Positions 8,237 through 16,272 of a stretch of DNA of 64,000 bases are shown one piece after another. The DNA lies in assembly GCA_944324265.1 (NCBI GenBank), contig CALUVS010000002.1:6250-70249 (forward strand), given 5' to 3'. Origin of the DNA: an uncultured Traorella sp. Its GTDB lineage: Bacteria > Bacillota_I > Bacilli_A > Erysipelotrichales > Erysipelotrichaceae. How positions within the stretch are numbered: the stretch's first letter is position 1; every line of letters begins with the position of its first letter. The notes beneath the pieces were generated by a model, which saw nothing but the letters and a program-made list of their open reading frames with translations, did no database searches and had not been told where the DNA came from. The position numbers and the translations under genes were made by a program.

Positions 8237-8701
8237 ATGATTTATACAGTTGGTGAAATTGCCAATAAATTGAATATTGCCCCATCTACAATCCGTTATT
8301 ATGACAAAGAAGGATTGATACCATTTGTGGAAAGATCCAGCGGCGGTATTCGTATGTTCAAGGACAGTGATTTTGAATGGCTTTCAATTATTGAATGCTT
8401 AAAACAGACAGGAATGTCAATTAAAGAAATCAAGACTTTTATTGATTGGTGTATGCAGGGAGATGAAACTATTTCTCAAAGAAAAGCATTGATTGAAAAA
8501 CAAAGAGAAATTATCTTAGAACAAATCAAACAAATGCAGGAAACATTAGCAATGTTAGATTATAAGACATGGTATTATGAAACTGCAGAGAAAGCAGGAA
8601 CATGTAAGATACATGAGACATTCAGTGAAGAAGATATACCGGAAGAATTCAGAGATGCTTATAAAAGAGCTAAGGGATATTTCATAAAAAATAATATTTA
8701 A
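8237..8701 (+). CDS. MerR-family transcriptional regulator (NmlR/AdhR-like, no metal-binding C-terminal Cys pair seen)
   Basis: YTVGEIANKLNIAPSTIRYYDKEGLIP HTH followed by a coiled-coil. Divergent from the AKR operon. AAAGGAGG RBS. Confidence 0.9.
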   Translation: MIYTVGEIANKLNIAPSTIRYYDKEGLIPFVERSSGGIRMFKDSDFEWLSIIECLKQTGMSIKEIKTFIDWCMQGDETISQRKALIEKQREIILEQIKQMQETLAMLDYKTWYYETAEKAGTCKIHETFSEEDIPEEFRDAYKRAKGYFIKNNI

Positions 8702-8946
8702 TGTTAATTTGTGAATATTTTAAGAAATAATTTGAAATAATTATAATGATAATATTGAATATTAAAATTGTTTGGAATATAATGAAAGCGTATAAATAAG
8801 TACACTTTTATACACATAAAAGAAATGAGTTAATTTCAGTGTAAATTGACTCTTTTTTATGTTTTAGATACAAAATAAGTAAATTTTTCTCATATCCACA
8901 AAAGTGTAGATTTATGAATACATATTATATGGAGGATGAGAAAGAT

Positions 8947-11900
8947 ATGGACAAGAAAAAGTATATTGGAAGTCTGTTCTTAACTGCTATGATGGTCATG
9001 TCTATGATGCCTATGACTGGTGTAGCGGCTCAGGATGGACAATACGATGCATGCTCTAATGGTAAAAATTTTTCCTTAGAAATTGGTGGCATGGCTTATG
9101 CGGAAGATAATGTACCAGAAAATGTTACATGGAATGCAATGAATGGAGAATTGACACTTACCAACGCTACATTAAAAGGTGGAATTACTATTGATAAATG
9201 TATTTATAATGCTCCAGAATCTTATGACACAGTGAAAGTAACGTTGCAAGGAAGTAATTATATTGGCTCTGATGCGATTAATGTTGACAGAACTGGATTA
9301 AAAGCGGCATATTTAAAAATGACAATTAGTGCTGAAGAAGGAGCGTCGTTGAATGTATTTAGCGATATTAATTCAATAAGTGCACAAGAAGGATTAAAAA
9401 TTAATGGTGGAACATATAATTTGAATTCACAGCATGCGGCTATTTATGTTGGAACAAATTCAATGGGAGCGCCGATTGAAATAAGTGATGCAGATATAAC
9501 TGCACAATCTAATGATGCTGTAATTTGGACTAGTCAAGACGAAAATTCAAATATCAGTATTAGTAATTCGTATTTAGATTTCAATGGGCTTCATGGTATT
9601 TTAGGAAAATCAATCAATCTTGTAAATACGAACGGAGAGATTCAATCAACTTCTAGTAGCATTAGTGCAGCTGGAAAAATTAGTATAATTGGATCTAATG
9701 ATCTTGATATTATTGCTACAGAACAAGTGAATGGAGTTGCGGTTAGTGGACATGATATAGAAATTTTAAATTCTAAATTAAACGTAAGAGCAGAAAATAG
9801 TGGTGCTATATATGCATATCCATATCATGAAGAAACTGGTGGATTAGTCGATAGTGAAGGAAATTTAATCATTACCAATTCAGAAATAAATGCAAGTTCA
9901 AAATATGATGCAGTTCATGGTGAGTTTAATGTGTCAATTACTGATTCTAAAATTGATGCAACATCAACAATGGATAGTTTAGATATAACAGATTACGCAA
10001 CAGCACATGCAATACATTCACCAAAAGGAAATGTAACAATATCAGGAACTAATACTGAAGTAACAGCAAACGCGTTAAATTCAAGCATTCTTGGTAAGAA
10101 TGTCAAAGTAGAAAATGGAGCTACAGTTAATGCAACATCTAACGAAGCGAAACCAGCAATCTTAGCAAATGAAAGCGTGACATTGGCAGGTCTTGTAACT
10201 GCAAAATCTAGAGGTTATAGTGCTATTGTTGGTACTACTGGAATTACTATTGGAGAAGGCTATGAAGGTAAAGATGGTGCTAAATTAGCAACAGTTGCAA
10301 ATACATCAGAAACAACATTTATAGCTTCTGACGGAACATTAGCAAATATTAGTCAGGGACTTCAAAATGTTGAAATCGTTAGAAAAGCAGATATACCAGT
10401 AGAAACAGATAAATTGTTTGAAACTGGTGGAAAAAAATATGCAACATTGGCAGAAGCTATCGAACATGTTGTGGATAGAGGAACAATTACACTATTAGAT
10501 AATGTAGATAATGCACCAGGTGTAAAAGTGGGAGAACATGGAATTAATAATAATTTCATAGTAGATTTCAACGGCTTTACCTATACAATAGCAGGACCAG
10601 GAGTTGGCTCAAAAGGAACAGAAACTAATGGATTCCAATTATTAGCAGGTTCAACAGTTACTTTTAAAAACGGTACAATTACAACTACAGAAAATCCTGA
10701 AAATATTCTAATGCTTATTCAAAATTATTCTGATTTGACATTGGAAAATATTACTTTAAATGGTTCTGTATGTGAGGATATTTCTTATGTACTAAGCAAC
10801 AATAATGGAAAGACAACTATTACAGGTGATACAAATATTATTGCTGCACCAAATATGGTTGCATTTGATTTATATCATTGGCCATCTAATGGATATGTTA
10901 ATGGTGTATCAGTCACATTTGATGAAAATTATACAGGAAGTGTTAATGGTAGAATAGAAATTACATCAGATGGCTCACAACCATGGGAAGGTAAAATTGA
11001 CCTAAATATCGATGGTAAAAATGGTGATTTCACGAAGGCAGATTTTGATGTTCAAGTAAATAGTGAAACAGATAAACCAGTTACAATTTCAGGAGGAATT
11101 TTTGGTGAATCTGTAAAAGACTATATTATTCCAGAATTAAATACAGAATTAGGTTCAAATGATACTTATCGTTATTATTTATCTCCTGAAAAAGCATTGA
11201 AAGATGCAGAACCAGGTGATGTAATAAAAAATATTGATGATGGAGCAACTACAAATATAGAAGTTAGAATTGAAAATGGTGATGAAGTTATTACTTTAAA
11301 TATAGCTACTGGAACAAAAATCACACTTCCAGAAGCTCCTACTAAGAATGGTTATACATTTAAAGGTTGGTCAGATGGAACAACAACACATGCTGCTGGT
11401 GCACCAGTAACAATTAATGATGCAACAACATTTACTGCTGTATGGGAAAAAGATACTTATGTTCCACCTTATAGACCATCAAGACCTACAACTTCAGATG
11501 ATGATACTGATGTTAGTGGAGTTACAGTAGATTCTGAAGATAAAGTTGATGTAGAAGAAGTAAGCACAGATAGAGATGTAAGAGATGCTTTAGGCAGAGA
11601 TAACATAATCACAACAATTCAAGTAGAAGAAGCTGATGAACCAGTAGAAATAACGGTAGAAGCTGGAAGAGATTACAGAGATGAAACTGTCTATGTAGTA
11701 CAGAAGAATGCTGATGATGAATTGGTATTGGCGACAGTTGTGGAAGCTGATTCCAGAGGAGATATTGTATTTGTCACTGAATCTGCTGAAGAATTGACAT
11801 TGACAACTAATTTGCCAGAAGGATTCATCAATGATGTAGAAGGAAACACATATTACATCAATGAAGACAGTGAAATGGTATATGGCTGGTTAGAATTAGA

Positions 11901-12138
11901 AAATGGATGGTATTTCTTTGATTATGAAACAGGCATCCAGCAAAAAGGACGCTGGGTAGCTGAATATACTGACTGGTATTGCTTAGATGCCAACGGAAGA
12001 ATGTTCACATCCACATGGATCGCCAGAGATTCAAAATTAGATGTTTGGTATTATGTCAATGAAGATGGACTGATGCTGACAAATACAACAACACCAGATG
12101 GATTCTACGTAGATGCAGAAGGTATCTGGAGAGCATAA
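8947..12138 (+). CDS. Large secreted cell-wall-anchored surface protein (beta-helix-like repeats, Listeria-Bacteroides-type repeat, C-terminal cell-wall/choline-binding repeats)
   Basis: Signal peptide MDKKKYIGSLFLTAMMVMSMMPMTGVAAQ. Ser/Asn/Thr-rich repetitive N-half. GYTFKGWSDG...TFTAVWEK repeat. An acidic linker, then GW..ENGWYFFD / DWYCLDANGRM / WYYVNEDGLM repeats. GGAGGA RBS before ATG 8947. Confidence 0.85.
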   Translation: MDKKKYIGSLFLTAMMVMSMMPMTGVAAQDGQYDACSNGKNFSLEIGGMAYAEDNVPENVTWNAMNGELTLTNATLKGGITIDKCIYNAPESYDTVKVTLQGSNYIGSDAINVDRTGLKAAYLKMTISAEEGASLNVFSDINSISAQEGLKINGGTYNLNSQHAAIYVGTNSMGAPIEISDADITAQSNDAVIWTSQDENSNISISNSYLDFNGLHGILGKSINLVNTNGEIQSTSSSISAAGKISIIGSNDLDIIATEQVNGVAVSGHDIEILNSKLNVRAENSGAIYAYPYHEETGGLVDSEGNLIITNSEINASSKYDAVHGEFNVSITDSKIDATSTMDSLDITDYATAHAIHSPKGNVTISGTNTEVTANALNSSILGKNVKVENGATVNATSNEAKPAILANESVTLAGLVTAKSRGYSAIVGTTGITIGEGYEGKDGAKLATVANTSETTFIASDGTLANISQGLQNVEIVRKADIPVETDKLFETGGKKYATLAEAIEHVVDRGTITLLDNVDNAPGVKVGEHGINNNFIVDFNGFTYTIAGPGVGSKGTETNGFQLLAGSTVTFKNGTITTTENPENILMLIQNYSDLTLENITLNGSVCEDISYVLSNNNGKTTITGDTNIIAAPNMVAFDLYHWPSNGYVNGVSVTFDENYTGSVNGRIEITSDGSQPWEGKIDLNIDGKNGDFTKADFDVQVNSETDKPVTISGGIFGESVKDYIIPELNTELGSNDTYRYYLSPEKALKDAEPGDVIKNIDDGATTNIEVRIENGDEVITLNIATGTKITLPEAPTKNGYTFKGWSDGTTTHAAGAPVTINDATTFTAVWEKDTYVPPYRPSRPTTSDDDTDVSGVTVDSEDKVDVEEVSTDRDVRDALGRDNIITTIQVEEADEPVEITVEAGRDYRDETVYVVQKNADDELVLATVVEADSRGDIVFVTESAEELTLTTNLPEGFINDVEGNTYYINEDSEMVYGWLELENGWYFFDYETGIQQKGRWVAEYTDWYCLDANGRMFTSTWIARDSKLDVWYYVNEDGLMLTNTTTPDGFYVDAEGIWRA

Positions 12139-12180
12139 ATAAATAATCAACATAAACAATCCTTTAAAATAACTATATCC

Positions 12181-12214
12181 AAAAGACACCGCTTGAATTT
12201 GAGCGGTGTCTTTT
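12181..12214. terminator. Bidirectional rho-independent terminator
   Basis: AAAAGACACCGCT / AGCGGTGTCTTTT, a 13-bp stem between convergent genes. Confidence 0.85.
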
Positions 12215-12239
12215 ATTCAATGGTATTAAGAAAGCAATG

Positions 12240-13175
12240 TTATTCATCTATAGATTTCAGAATATTATTTATTTCTGTAAATGCAGTTAAAGCATCCTCG
12301 AAATTTTGTTTACTATTTGTATACAATAAATCCTTATGTAGATTTTCATATATGTATTTTATATCATTTGTAAAGTAATGCATCCAAATTTCAAAATTAA
12401 ATGCACCAGTTGGATCATAATCTCTATTAATATTGCGTTTAGTCAAGTAAAAAGAGTCTGTTTCTTTTGTAATTGACATTAATCTCTTTAATTCGTTTTT
12501 ATCTGATAGAAAATCTTGTATCTCCTGCATATGATACAGTCTTGTTACATCATAGATGTGGCGGACTTTATTGTTAAGGGTTCCGCAATAGGCGTGTCTC
12601 TTGACTGACATCAGTTTATCTATGAAAGTACGTTCAATATTTAATACATTAAGTTCAATGCTTTTTAAATTATAGCGTTCTATATCGTCGCTGCCATGTT
12701 TTTTCTCTAAAAATTCCTGAATATATGTTTTAAGAACTCTTTTTGAAAAAGGATCAGGGCGTACACTGCTGCCGATTTCAAGCTTTATTCTATTTGCTTT
12801 ATTATCAAACCAGACATACATACTTTTGTTACGATCATTTCGTTCAGAGTTTATTTTTTCTGTCTGAGCACCGATGGTCATAATTTTTTCAATTTTTTTA
12901 ATGTTTTTACTATATTCTTTATCTTTCATTTCAGGAGTACCTAGATAAGTTAAATCAATATCTTCAGAGAAACGTTCAATAGATTTAGGATAGCATTTAC
13001 TTAATGAAGTTCCTCCCTTAAATACACATTGCTGAGAGTATTCGCTATCTGCAAGATTTTTTAATAAAAGAACGATGTAATAATCGCGTTCTATAGCAGA
13101 TTCAGGTAAATTCAAATAGTCGGCAACAAGCGCAATAAGCGTTTTAAATCCTTCCGGATGATTGTGCAATTGCAT
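12240..13175 (-). CDS. Nucleotidyltransferase AbiEii/AbiGii-family toxin (type IV TA / abortive infection)
   Basis: FKGGTSLSKCYP.IERFSEDIDLTY N-terminal nucleotidyltransferase motif typical of DUF1814/AbiEii. Overlaps the upstream antitoxin-like gene by 32 nt. Confidence 0.85.
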   Translation of the reverse strand: MQLHNHPEGFKTLIALVADYLNLPESAIERDYYIVLLLKNLADSEYSQQCVFKGGTSLSKCYPKSIERFSEDIDLTYLGTPEMKDKEYSKNIKKIEKIMTIGAQTEKINSERNDRNKSMYVWFDNKANRIKLEIGSSVRPDPFSKRVLKTYIQEFLEKKHGSDDIERYNLKSIELNVLNIERTFIDKLMSVKRHAYCGTLNNKVRHIYDVTRLYHMQEIQDFLSDKNELKRLMSITKETDSFYLTKRNINRDYDPTGAFNFEIWMHYFTNDIKYIYENLHKDLLYTNSKQNFEDALTAFTEINNILKSIDE

Positions 13176-13857
13176 ATAGCTCCTCCATTTTCGGGTTTTT
13201 ATACTTTGATAAAGATGATAAATGTTTATTTAAATGATGAGAAATTTCATAATAATCAAGTATATCTTTTAAAAAAGAAATGGTAGATTTCTTATAATGT
13301 TTTTTTGAAAGAACAGTTTCAAAAACCTCTTCTTGGAAATTATCGGCAATTGTTTTTGAATATTCAATAAAAGCAGTGTAATTAAGATCTTCTATATTAT
13401 AGAAGTTTTGAAGTATTTCCAGTGCAGAAATCATATTTCTTACTTCTATCGTAAAATCTATGCTTAATTGTTTAATTTGAACATTTTTAATTGTCTTGGA
13501 TAATCCTTCTAAGCTGGAGGATAAAATATTGATATTTTTTGAAATCTGTGTAGTTAGATTATAACTGTTATACAAAGAATATCCAATAACCATACCCGTT
13601 TCATTTTCGGTAAAAGCGGATATGATTTGTTCATCAGAAAGAGGAACTAAACCATATTTGCTGAAAGCAGGGATATAATAAATGCCTTTTGCAGCTTTGG
13701 CTAATTCCCCAGATTGACACATTCTTTCAAGCATTTTGTAATATGCAACTTCATTTAACATAGATTCTAATTTTTCTCTAAATAATTTACTGGCAAATAT
13801 TAACTCATTTTGATTGTAATTTCTCAATTCATTTTTAATGATATGACTGCTCTTCAT
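13144..13857 (-). CDS. AbiEi-like antitoxin / DUF6088-type wHTH protein
   Basis: N-terminal LERMCQSGELAKAAKGIYYIP motif of AbiEi_4/DUF6088. Sits immediately upstream of the AbiEii gene and overlaps it. Confidence 0.7.
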   Translation of the reverse strand: MKSSHIIKNELRNYNQNELIFASKLFREKLESMLNEVAYYKMLERMCQSGELAKAAKGIYYIPAFSKYGLVPLSDEQIISAFTENETGMVIGYSLYNSYNLTTQISKNINILSSSLEGLSKTIKNVQIKQLSIDFTIEVRNMISALEILQNFYNIEDLNYTAFIEYSKTIADNFQEEVFETVLSKKHYKKSTISFLKDILDYYEISHHLNKHLSSLSKYKNPKMEELYAIAQSSGRI

Positions 13858-13878
13858 GTTCCTCACCTATTCAATCAT

Positions 13879-13930
13879 ATTTTATGCATGAAACAGTATT
13901 ATGTCAAGTAAATTTAATTTTTACTTGACA
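13879..13930 (-). promoter_or_regulatory. Promoter (TTGACA-17-TAAAAT) embedded in an 11-bp perfect inverted repeat, a candidate AbiEi operator
   Basis: TGTCAAGTAAA (13902-13912) / TTTACTTGACA (13920-13930). The -35 TTGACA (13902-13907, minus strand) lies in one arm; the -10 is at 13879-13884. Confidence 0.55.
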
Positions 13931-13940
13931 TAATTACGAT

Positions 13941-13975
13941 ATAAATAGACACATCTGAATAAATCAAATGTGTCT
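13941..13975 (-). terminator. Terminator of the GH4 gene
   Basis: AGACACAT / ATGTGTCT stem directly after the stop, followed by AUUUAU on the minus strand. Confidence 0.55.
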
Positions 13976-13981
13976 GATTGA

Positions 13982-15376
13982 TTATAAGCCTTTTTCAGTT
14001 AATTCACGGGCGATATCATCTTTGATGGTAACGCCTTCTTTTTCTAATCTTTCAATGGTGTCTTTGAATTGAGGCAGATATTTTTTGTGTGCAATCAATA
14101 ATTCATTCAATATCTTCTGTGCTGTAGCTCCAGAGCGGATCAATGGATTTAAAATGAATGCCTGAACTGCTAAGCCATAATTACCGGTTACTGCAGCTTC
14201 ACAAACACATAATTCCATGTTCTTCATTAACTGCAGCCATCCTTTTTCAGCTGGATGCATTGGACCAAATGCCAATGGCTGAGCTCCCTGAGCATTAATG
14301 ATAGAAGATACTTCGACCACACAATCCCAAGGCAGATCACAGACTGCACCTCTGTTTAAAGTAGAAACAACCATATTTGTATTCTTATTGGCATAAATAG
14401 ATGCGATTGTTTCGCAAGCGGCATCAGAATAGTGAGCACCGCCTCGTTTTGCCAATTGTTCTGGCTTGTGATCTAAATTAGGATCTTTGTAAAGTTCAAA
14501 TAATTCATCTTCTGTTGCTTTCACTTGCTGAGCACGAGATCCTTTGTTTGGATCATTGTATTCTTCTAATAAGTGAGCCAATGATTCTTCTTCCTTGTAA
14601 TAGTATTGATGATAAGCACAAGGAATCATATTCATCTGATCCACTTGTTCTCGAATGAAATCAACCTTGAAGACATTTGCCGGCATACCAGCATCTTCTG
14701 TATACATTTTATCAATAATCTGCGATGTAACATCATTTCCGCTATTATCATAGACTTTGTGCCAATGGAAATGATTCAATCCTGCAAATTTAAAGATCAC
14801 ATCCTTGGATTCTTTTCCGATCATTTTTGGTTCAGCTAAGATAGAACCGATAGGGACATTGCATAAACCAATGACTCTATCCCATTTGCCATAACGAATG
14901 ACAGCTTCTGTTACCATACCGCTTGGATTAGTGAAGTTCACAAGCCATGCATTAGGACATAACTGTTTCATATCTTCCACAATCTCTAAGATTACAGGAA
15001 TTGTACGGAATGCTTTAAAAATTCCTCCGGCACCATTTGTTTCCTGTCCTGCCATACCATAGGACAAAGGAATTCTTTCATCCTTGATACGAGCATTCAA
15101 TAATCCAACACGGAATTGTGTCGTAACAAAGTCTGCATCCTTCAATGCTTCTTTACGATCTAATGTCAGATGTACTTTGACATCATATCCGGAAGCATCC
15201 CACATACGCTGGGCCATCTTACCGACAATTTCTAATTTTTCCTTTCCTTCTTCTACATCCACCAGCCAAATTTCACGGATAGGCAGTTCATCATATCTTT
15301 TAATAAAGCCTTCCATCAACTCGGGAGTATAGCTGCTTCCTCCGCCGATTGTTACAATTTTAACACCTTGGTTCAT
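13982..15376 (-). CDS. 6-phospho-beta-glucosidase, glycoside hydrolase family 4 (CelF/LicH-like)
   Basis: [18 protein letters not shown]-binding N-terminus, LVNFTNPSG and GLCNVP motifs. GAGGAGG RBS before ATG 15376. Confidence 0.92.
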   Translation of the reverse strand: MNQGVKIVTIGGGSSYTPELMEGFIKRYDELPIREIWLVDVEEGKEKLEIVGKMAQRMWDASGYDVKVHLTLDRKEALKDADFVTTQFRVGLLNARIKDERIPLSYGMAGQETNGAGGIFKAFRTIPVILEIVEDMKQLCPNAWLVNFTNPSGMVTEAVIRYGKWDRVIGLCNVPIGSILAEPKMIGKESKDVIFKFAGLNHFHWHKVYDNSGNDVTSQIIDKMYTEDAGMPANVFKVDFIREQVDQMNMIPCAYHQYYYKEEESLAHLLEEYNDPNKGSRAQQVKATEDELFELYKDPNLDHKPEQLAKRGGAHYSDAACETIASIYANKNTNMVVSTLNRGAVCDLPWDCVVEVSSIINAQGAQPLAFGPMHPAEKGWLQLMKNMELCVCEAAVTGNYGLAVQAFILNPLIRSGATAQKILNELLIAHKKYLPQFKDTIERLEKEGVTIKDDIARELTEKGL

Positions 15377-15397
15377 AATGTTCCTCCTCATATCCTC

Positions 15398-15406
15398 ATT
15401 ATACCA
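15398..15406 (-). promoter_or_regulatory. Extended -10 element (TGGTATAAT) for the GH4 gene
   Basis: TGnTATAAT on the minus strand, 22 nt upstream of the ATG and downstream of the small-ORF terminator. Confidence 0.4.
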
Positions 15407-15436
15407 GAGATGGATTCATTTATTAAAGGAGAATAG

Positions 15437-15462
15437 AAAAAAGCCATCCGATTAGATGACTT
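15437..15462 (-). terminator. Rho-independent terminator of the 47-aa ORF
   Basis: On the minus strand AGUCAUC-UAAUCG-GAUGGCU (with a U-G wobble) followed by U6. On the plus strand the same position is a C-A mismatch, so the hairpin is oriented for the minus strand. Confidence 0.7.
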
Positions 15463-15501
15463 TTTATCAGTAAATCTATTGTAACAACAAGCAATTTTTA
15501 C

Positions 15502-15645
15502 TTATCGGTAGAAGATAATTCCCCATGTGGAAGTGGAGTTTCCAGCAGATAAACGTTCAACCTCTGAGTAAGAAATGTCTTTTTTGTCTTTTGTGATTTT
15601 TACTGATTTTTGATCTTTTTTAACCATATCATTTAATAACTTCAT
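15502..15645 (-). CDS. Unannotated small ORF, 47 aa (MKLLNDMVKKDQKSVKITKDKKDISYSEVERLSAGNSTSTWGIIFYR)
   Basis: Below the ORF-track cutoff. AAGGAGG RBS 8 nt upstream of the ATG. TATAAT upstream, 5' hairpin CTGCC-AAGG-GGCAG, dedicated terminator. Confidence 0.45.
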   Translation of the reverse strand: MKLLNDMVKKDQKSVKITKDKKDISYSEVERLSAGNSTSTWGIIFYR

Positions 15646-15727
15646 TTCTTTGTCCTCCTTATTCTCTGCCCCTTGGCAGTATTATAATATATTGAAAATA
15701 TCCCAAAATCAAGGGCTTTTTTGTAAT

Positions 15728-15747
15728 TTATGAAACAATTTTCATAA
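15728..15747. promoter_or_regulatory. Inverted repeat TTATGAAA-CAAT-TTTCATAA (ATGAA-N6-TTCAT)
   Basis: Same half-sites and spacing as the operator-like dyad at 15873-15888. Confidence 0.3.
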
Positions 15748-15812
15748 CAGAATCAAATGTATTTCTATTGCGGACAAAAAGTGAATTTGCATAATATTTT
15801 CACAATTTATTT

Positions 15813-15826
15813 CATGAATATTCATG
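15813..15826. promoter_or_regulatory. Perfect 14-bp palindrome CATGAATATTCATG (ArsR/SmtB-type operator candidate)
   Basis: Located just upstream of the -35 of the arsR-like gene promoter. Confidence 0.45.
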
Positions 15827-15837
15827 TAAATAATGCG

Positions 15838-15866
15838 TTGACATAATGAAAGAAATTTACTATAAT
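15838..15866 (+). promoter_or_regulatory. Consensus sigma-A promoter TTGACA-17-TATAAT of the arsR-ATPase operon
   Basis: TTGACA at 15838-15843, a 17-nt spacer, TATAAT at 15861-15866. Confidence 0.75.
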
Positions 15867-15872
15867 AAACAC

Positions 15873-15888
15873 ATGAACATATATTCAT
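15873..15888. promoter_or_regulatory. ATGAA-CATATA-TTCAT dyad overlapping the predicted transcription start (ArsR/SmtB operator candidate)
   Basis: Position immediately downstream of the -10. Resembles CzrA/CadC-type TGAA..TTCA operators. Confidence 0.55.
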
Positions 15889-15910
15889 ATGTTAGATTGG
15901 AGGAGAAGTT

Positions 15911-16267
15911 ATGGATATTGAAAAATGTGATGTAACAGTCATACATGAAGAAACAATAGAAAAAGTAAAAAAGGATATGCTTGGCAATGAGGAACTGACG
16001 GAAATGGCTGAGCTGTTCAAAGTATTGGGAGATCCGACACGGCTGCGTATCGTCAGTGCTCTGCTTCTTTCGGAAATGTGTGTCTGTGATTTATCAGCCT
16101 TGTTAGATGTATCACAGTCAGCGATATCTCATCAGCTTCGTATATTAAAGCAGACACGTTTAGTAAAATATAGAAGAGAAGGAAAAGTCGTATATTATTC
16201 ATTGGATGATGAACATATTGAAACATTGTTCTTAACTAGCTATGCTCATATTTCAGAAAGAGGTTAG
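15911..16267 (+). CDS. ArsR/SmtB-family metalloregulator
   Basis: FKVLGDPTRLRIVSALLLSEMCVCDLSALLDVSQSAISHQLRILK (wHTH with CVC alpha3 site). GGAGGAG RBS. Confidence 0.9.
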   Translation: MDIEKCDVTVIHEETIEKVKKDMLGNEELTEMAELFKVLGDPTRLRIVSALLLSEMCVCDLSALLDVSQSAISHQLRILKQTRLVKYRREGKVVYYSLDDEHIETLFLTSYAHISERG

Positions 16268-16272
16268 TGATT

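Noticed and set aside
8893-8901. DnaA-box-like ATATCCACA, considered because mnmE is nearby and often sits close to oriC.
   Set aside because: It is a single one-mismatch box with no cluster and no dnaA/dnaN or rnpA-yidC-jag context. It is not an origin.
15437-15500. RAT/antiterminator (BglG/LicT-type) element upstream of the GH4 6-phospho-beta-glucosidase gene (UUGUUACAAUAGAUUUACUGAUAAAAAG overlapping the terminator).
   Set aside because: Only a partial resemblance to the RAT consensus. No PRD antiterminator or PTS genes are nearby. The GH4 gene has its own extended -10 downstream of the terminator, which is better explained as the terminator of the 47-aa ORF.
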